NCBI GenBank assembly: GCA_010015805.1
Contig: ML978125.1
Location: forward strand, 1,116,001 to 1,180,000
Reading direction: 5' to 3'
DNA: 64,000 nucleotides
From: Rhizodiscina lignyota
Taxonomy: Eukaryota
The translations under genes and the position numbers were made by a program. Numbering within the stretch: the first letter of the stretch is position 1; each line of letters opens with the position of its first letter. Below the pieces are notes generated by a model. The model saw nothing but the letters and a program-made list of their open reading frames with translations, did not search any database and was not told where the DNA came from. Shown here one piece after another: positions 62,072-64,000 of this stretch.

Positions 62072-63336
62072 TCAAGTTTTCTCCTCTTGTAGGTCTTCGA
62101 ATACGCACCCCTCATCAGTGATGGTGAAAGTGAATCTCCGCTTCTGTATGTCGTTTCCAGGCACCGCGACAAAGCGACCCTTCTCAACAATGTCTTGCCT
62201 CATCTTCCTCTCCGGCCAAGCCTCTTCAACACACATCCCATGAACAAATTGCACTGCATTTTCTCTCTCAAGGAAGAGAGTGAGCGCTGGGAAAGACGTC
62301 CAGGCGGGTGGGAGAAGCTGTCGAAGTACACGAGGAGGATCCGTCAGAACACGAAACCCTCCAACGTTGTTGTCGGATGTGACAGAAATTGGGGAACTCT
62401 GAGAAGTGTACACCACTGAACAATCAAAGATGTCTTGCGCTTTCTCTAGGGCTTTCAGCAACCGGCCGTAAACCGAAAGCTCACTTTTGCCCTTGGGAAC
62501 ACTTGATCCGCGTTCCGTTGCTCGAAAGCGTGCGGCTTCCTCGTCAGATCGATGTTGCCAATAAAATGCGCTAGCACTGTCTAGAATTATAGTGCCCAGT
62601 TGCTTTCGAGAAGAGAGATGTGCCGAGAAATCGAAAAGATACGATTCGAGAGACGTGACAGTGGCAACCAGAGAAGGAAGAGACTGCGGCCGGAAGATGT
62701 GGACGTGCTCTAGACTCCTTTGAATAACTTCATCTGGTGATTGATGTTCCTGTTGTGGACTATTCGGTGGTGAAGACCCATCTTTCGTCGACTCTTCACA
62801 AACGGAGCTTATATGAGCATTCATGAGCCGAGCGAATCGTTGGACGTCAAAACGATCATCCGTATCGATAATGACGATTGCCGTATCTTTGCCCCCGATG
62901 GTTGTACCTTGGAGGCCATGCGGTAAAACCGCTAAGGCAGCGATGAGGTAGAGCAGGTGTGTCGTTCCAGCACCAGTTCGAGAAGACGTCAGCTCGACAA
63001 TTGGTCTCCTCTTTCGGATATTCGTAGTTTGGGCCAATGCTGTGGGATGGCCTGGCGAAGAAGCAAACGCGTTCTCCGACGCGTGCTCAGCGACTGGTCG
63101 TGGATTGCTAGCTCTTTGATCCATCTCATTGAGGAGGTTATCAATGATCGGAATGTTGAAGTAATTTTGCCCATCATTGTCATGTAAATGGCGAATCTCG
63201 CGGAACAGCTTGAACTCAACCGTTAGCTGACGTTCTCGATGCCCTAATTTTCCATATCACGATGCCGACGAACCTCATCCAGGCCAACCTCTACCACCTC
63301 CCCCAACAATCTTTTCCCCAGCTCTTGCGCACTCAT
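62072..63336 (-). CDS. Rad51 paralog, XRCC2-like; exon 1 63336-63274, intron 63209-63273
   Basis: MSAQELGKRLLGEV...LDE|LFREI, then IVELTSSRTGAGTTHLLY (Walker A position), IIDTDDRFDV, LEHVHIFRPQS and IILDSASAFYW (Walker B). Confidence 0.75.
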
Positions 63337-63473
63337 TTAGAGCGGTTTCCTCCACCTTTCTCAGCCTCCTCTCCTCCGTCTTTTACTACTGTGCGCTGAT
63401 CCCAAGCGCCTTCTATTCATACTCGAAGCCAGTAGATCACGAGACGAACAATAGAACCAGAGCAAACTCTTTC

Positions 63474-63799
63474 ATGTCACCACCAGTCGAGCTCTTCCCG
63501 GCCTCGGAGCTTCCCACACGTGTTCAGTATGACGTGAATGGGAAGAAGCGCAAACCGTCTGTCGATTTGGAAAAATGCGCACTGAAAGAGATGATCCAGT
63601 ACAATTGTGATGTGGATGCGAGGGACCCGAGGGGTGCAGTGAGATGTTGGCCTTTGGTCAGGACATTCAGGCAGTATGTCCGCCCTCCCGCGAAAGCACC
63701 ACAAATCTATTGATTTTGTCACTAACAGTCTGCCACAGGTGTGCGCATGGTTTGACGGTCGAGACCACAGCTTGGGAGGGCGAATCAGGAAAAAGATGA
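63474..63799 (+). CDS. SOM1: Mitochondrial inner membrane peptidase subunit Som1; intron 63674-63738
   Basis: MSPPVELF...DLEKCALKEMIQYNC...CWPLVRTFRQCAHGLTVETTAWE. Confidence 0.8.
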
Positions 63800-64000
63800 C
63801 ATACCAGGGCATATGGATGGGGTTTGAAAGGGCGATCCAGGGCTTCATATCATGCAGTCACAGTAACATCTCATCTTTCTTGCATCCAATATGCAATGTT
63901 CATTGTGCAGAGAAAATGTATATACGTATGTTCGCTTAATCGCTGACGAGATCTGTACATGCGCCTTAAACAATGCGCGTCGCCGACACCGCTGCGAGTA

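Overview
A gene-dense, intron-rich window from a filamentous ascomycete (Pezizomycotina; the lineage is inferred from gene content and short GT-AG introns with CTRAY branch sites). I could build about 27 protein-coding loci by hand-splicing. In order: a partial HET-domain gene; a head-to-head pair of the Chs4/Skt5-type activator and a class IV chitin synthase; a WD40 protein; a TAP-like alpha/beta hydrolase; a glycine-rich RRM protein; a hypothetical protein; IPP1; MRPL44 (mL53); a frameshifted HET gene; SEC20; ATP synthase subunit e; dynein intermediate chain; TPC1; a GBBH/TauD dioxygenase; a Zn2Cys6 factor; a DUF3140 protein; the MADS-box factor Rlm1; peflin; an SDR-Zn2Cys6-MFS trio; a membrane protein; an alcohol dehydrogenase; a sugar porter; an XRCC2-like gene; and SOM1. 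I found no tRNA, rRNA, CRISPR array or intact transposon. The strongest unusual signal is non-canonical splicing. A 47-nt U2-like AT-AC intron (41885-41931) is the only splice I found that restores the conserved NWGHD motif of the DUF3140 gene, and three GC-AG introns are needed in other genes (4 of about 54 introns). Other signals: a decayed 55-bp minisatellite with a 274-bp higher-order period, a 158-bp degenerate tandem duplication, a perfect Rlm1 box upstream of rlm1 itself, and a probable dual-targeted IPP1. All family assignments come from motif recognition without database searches.
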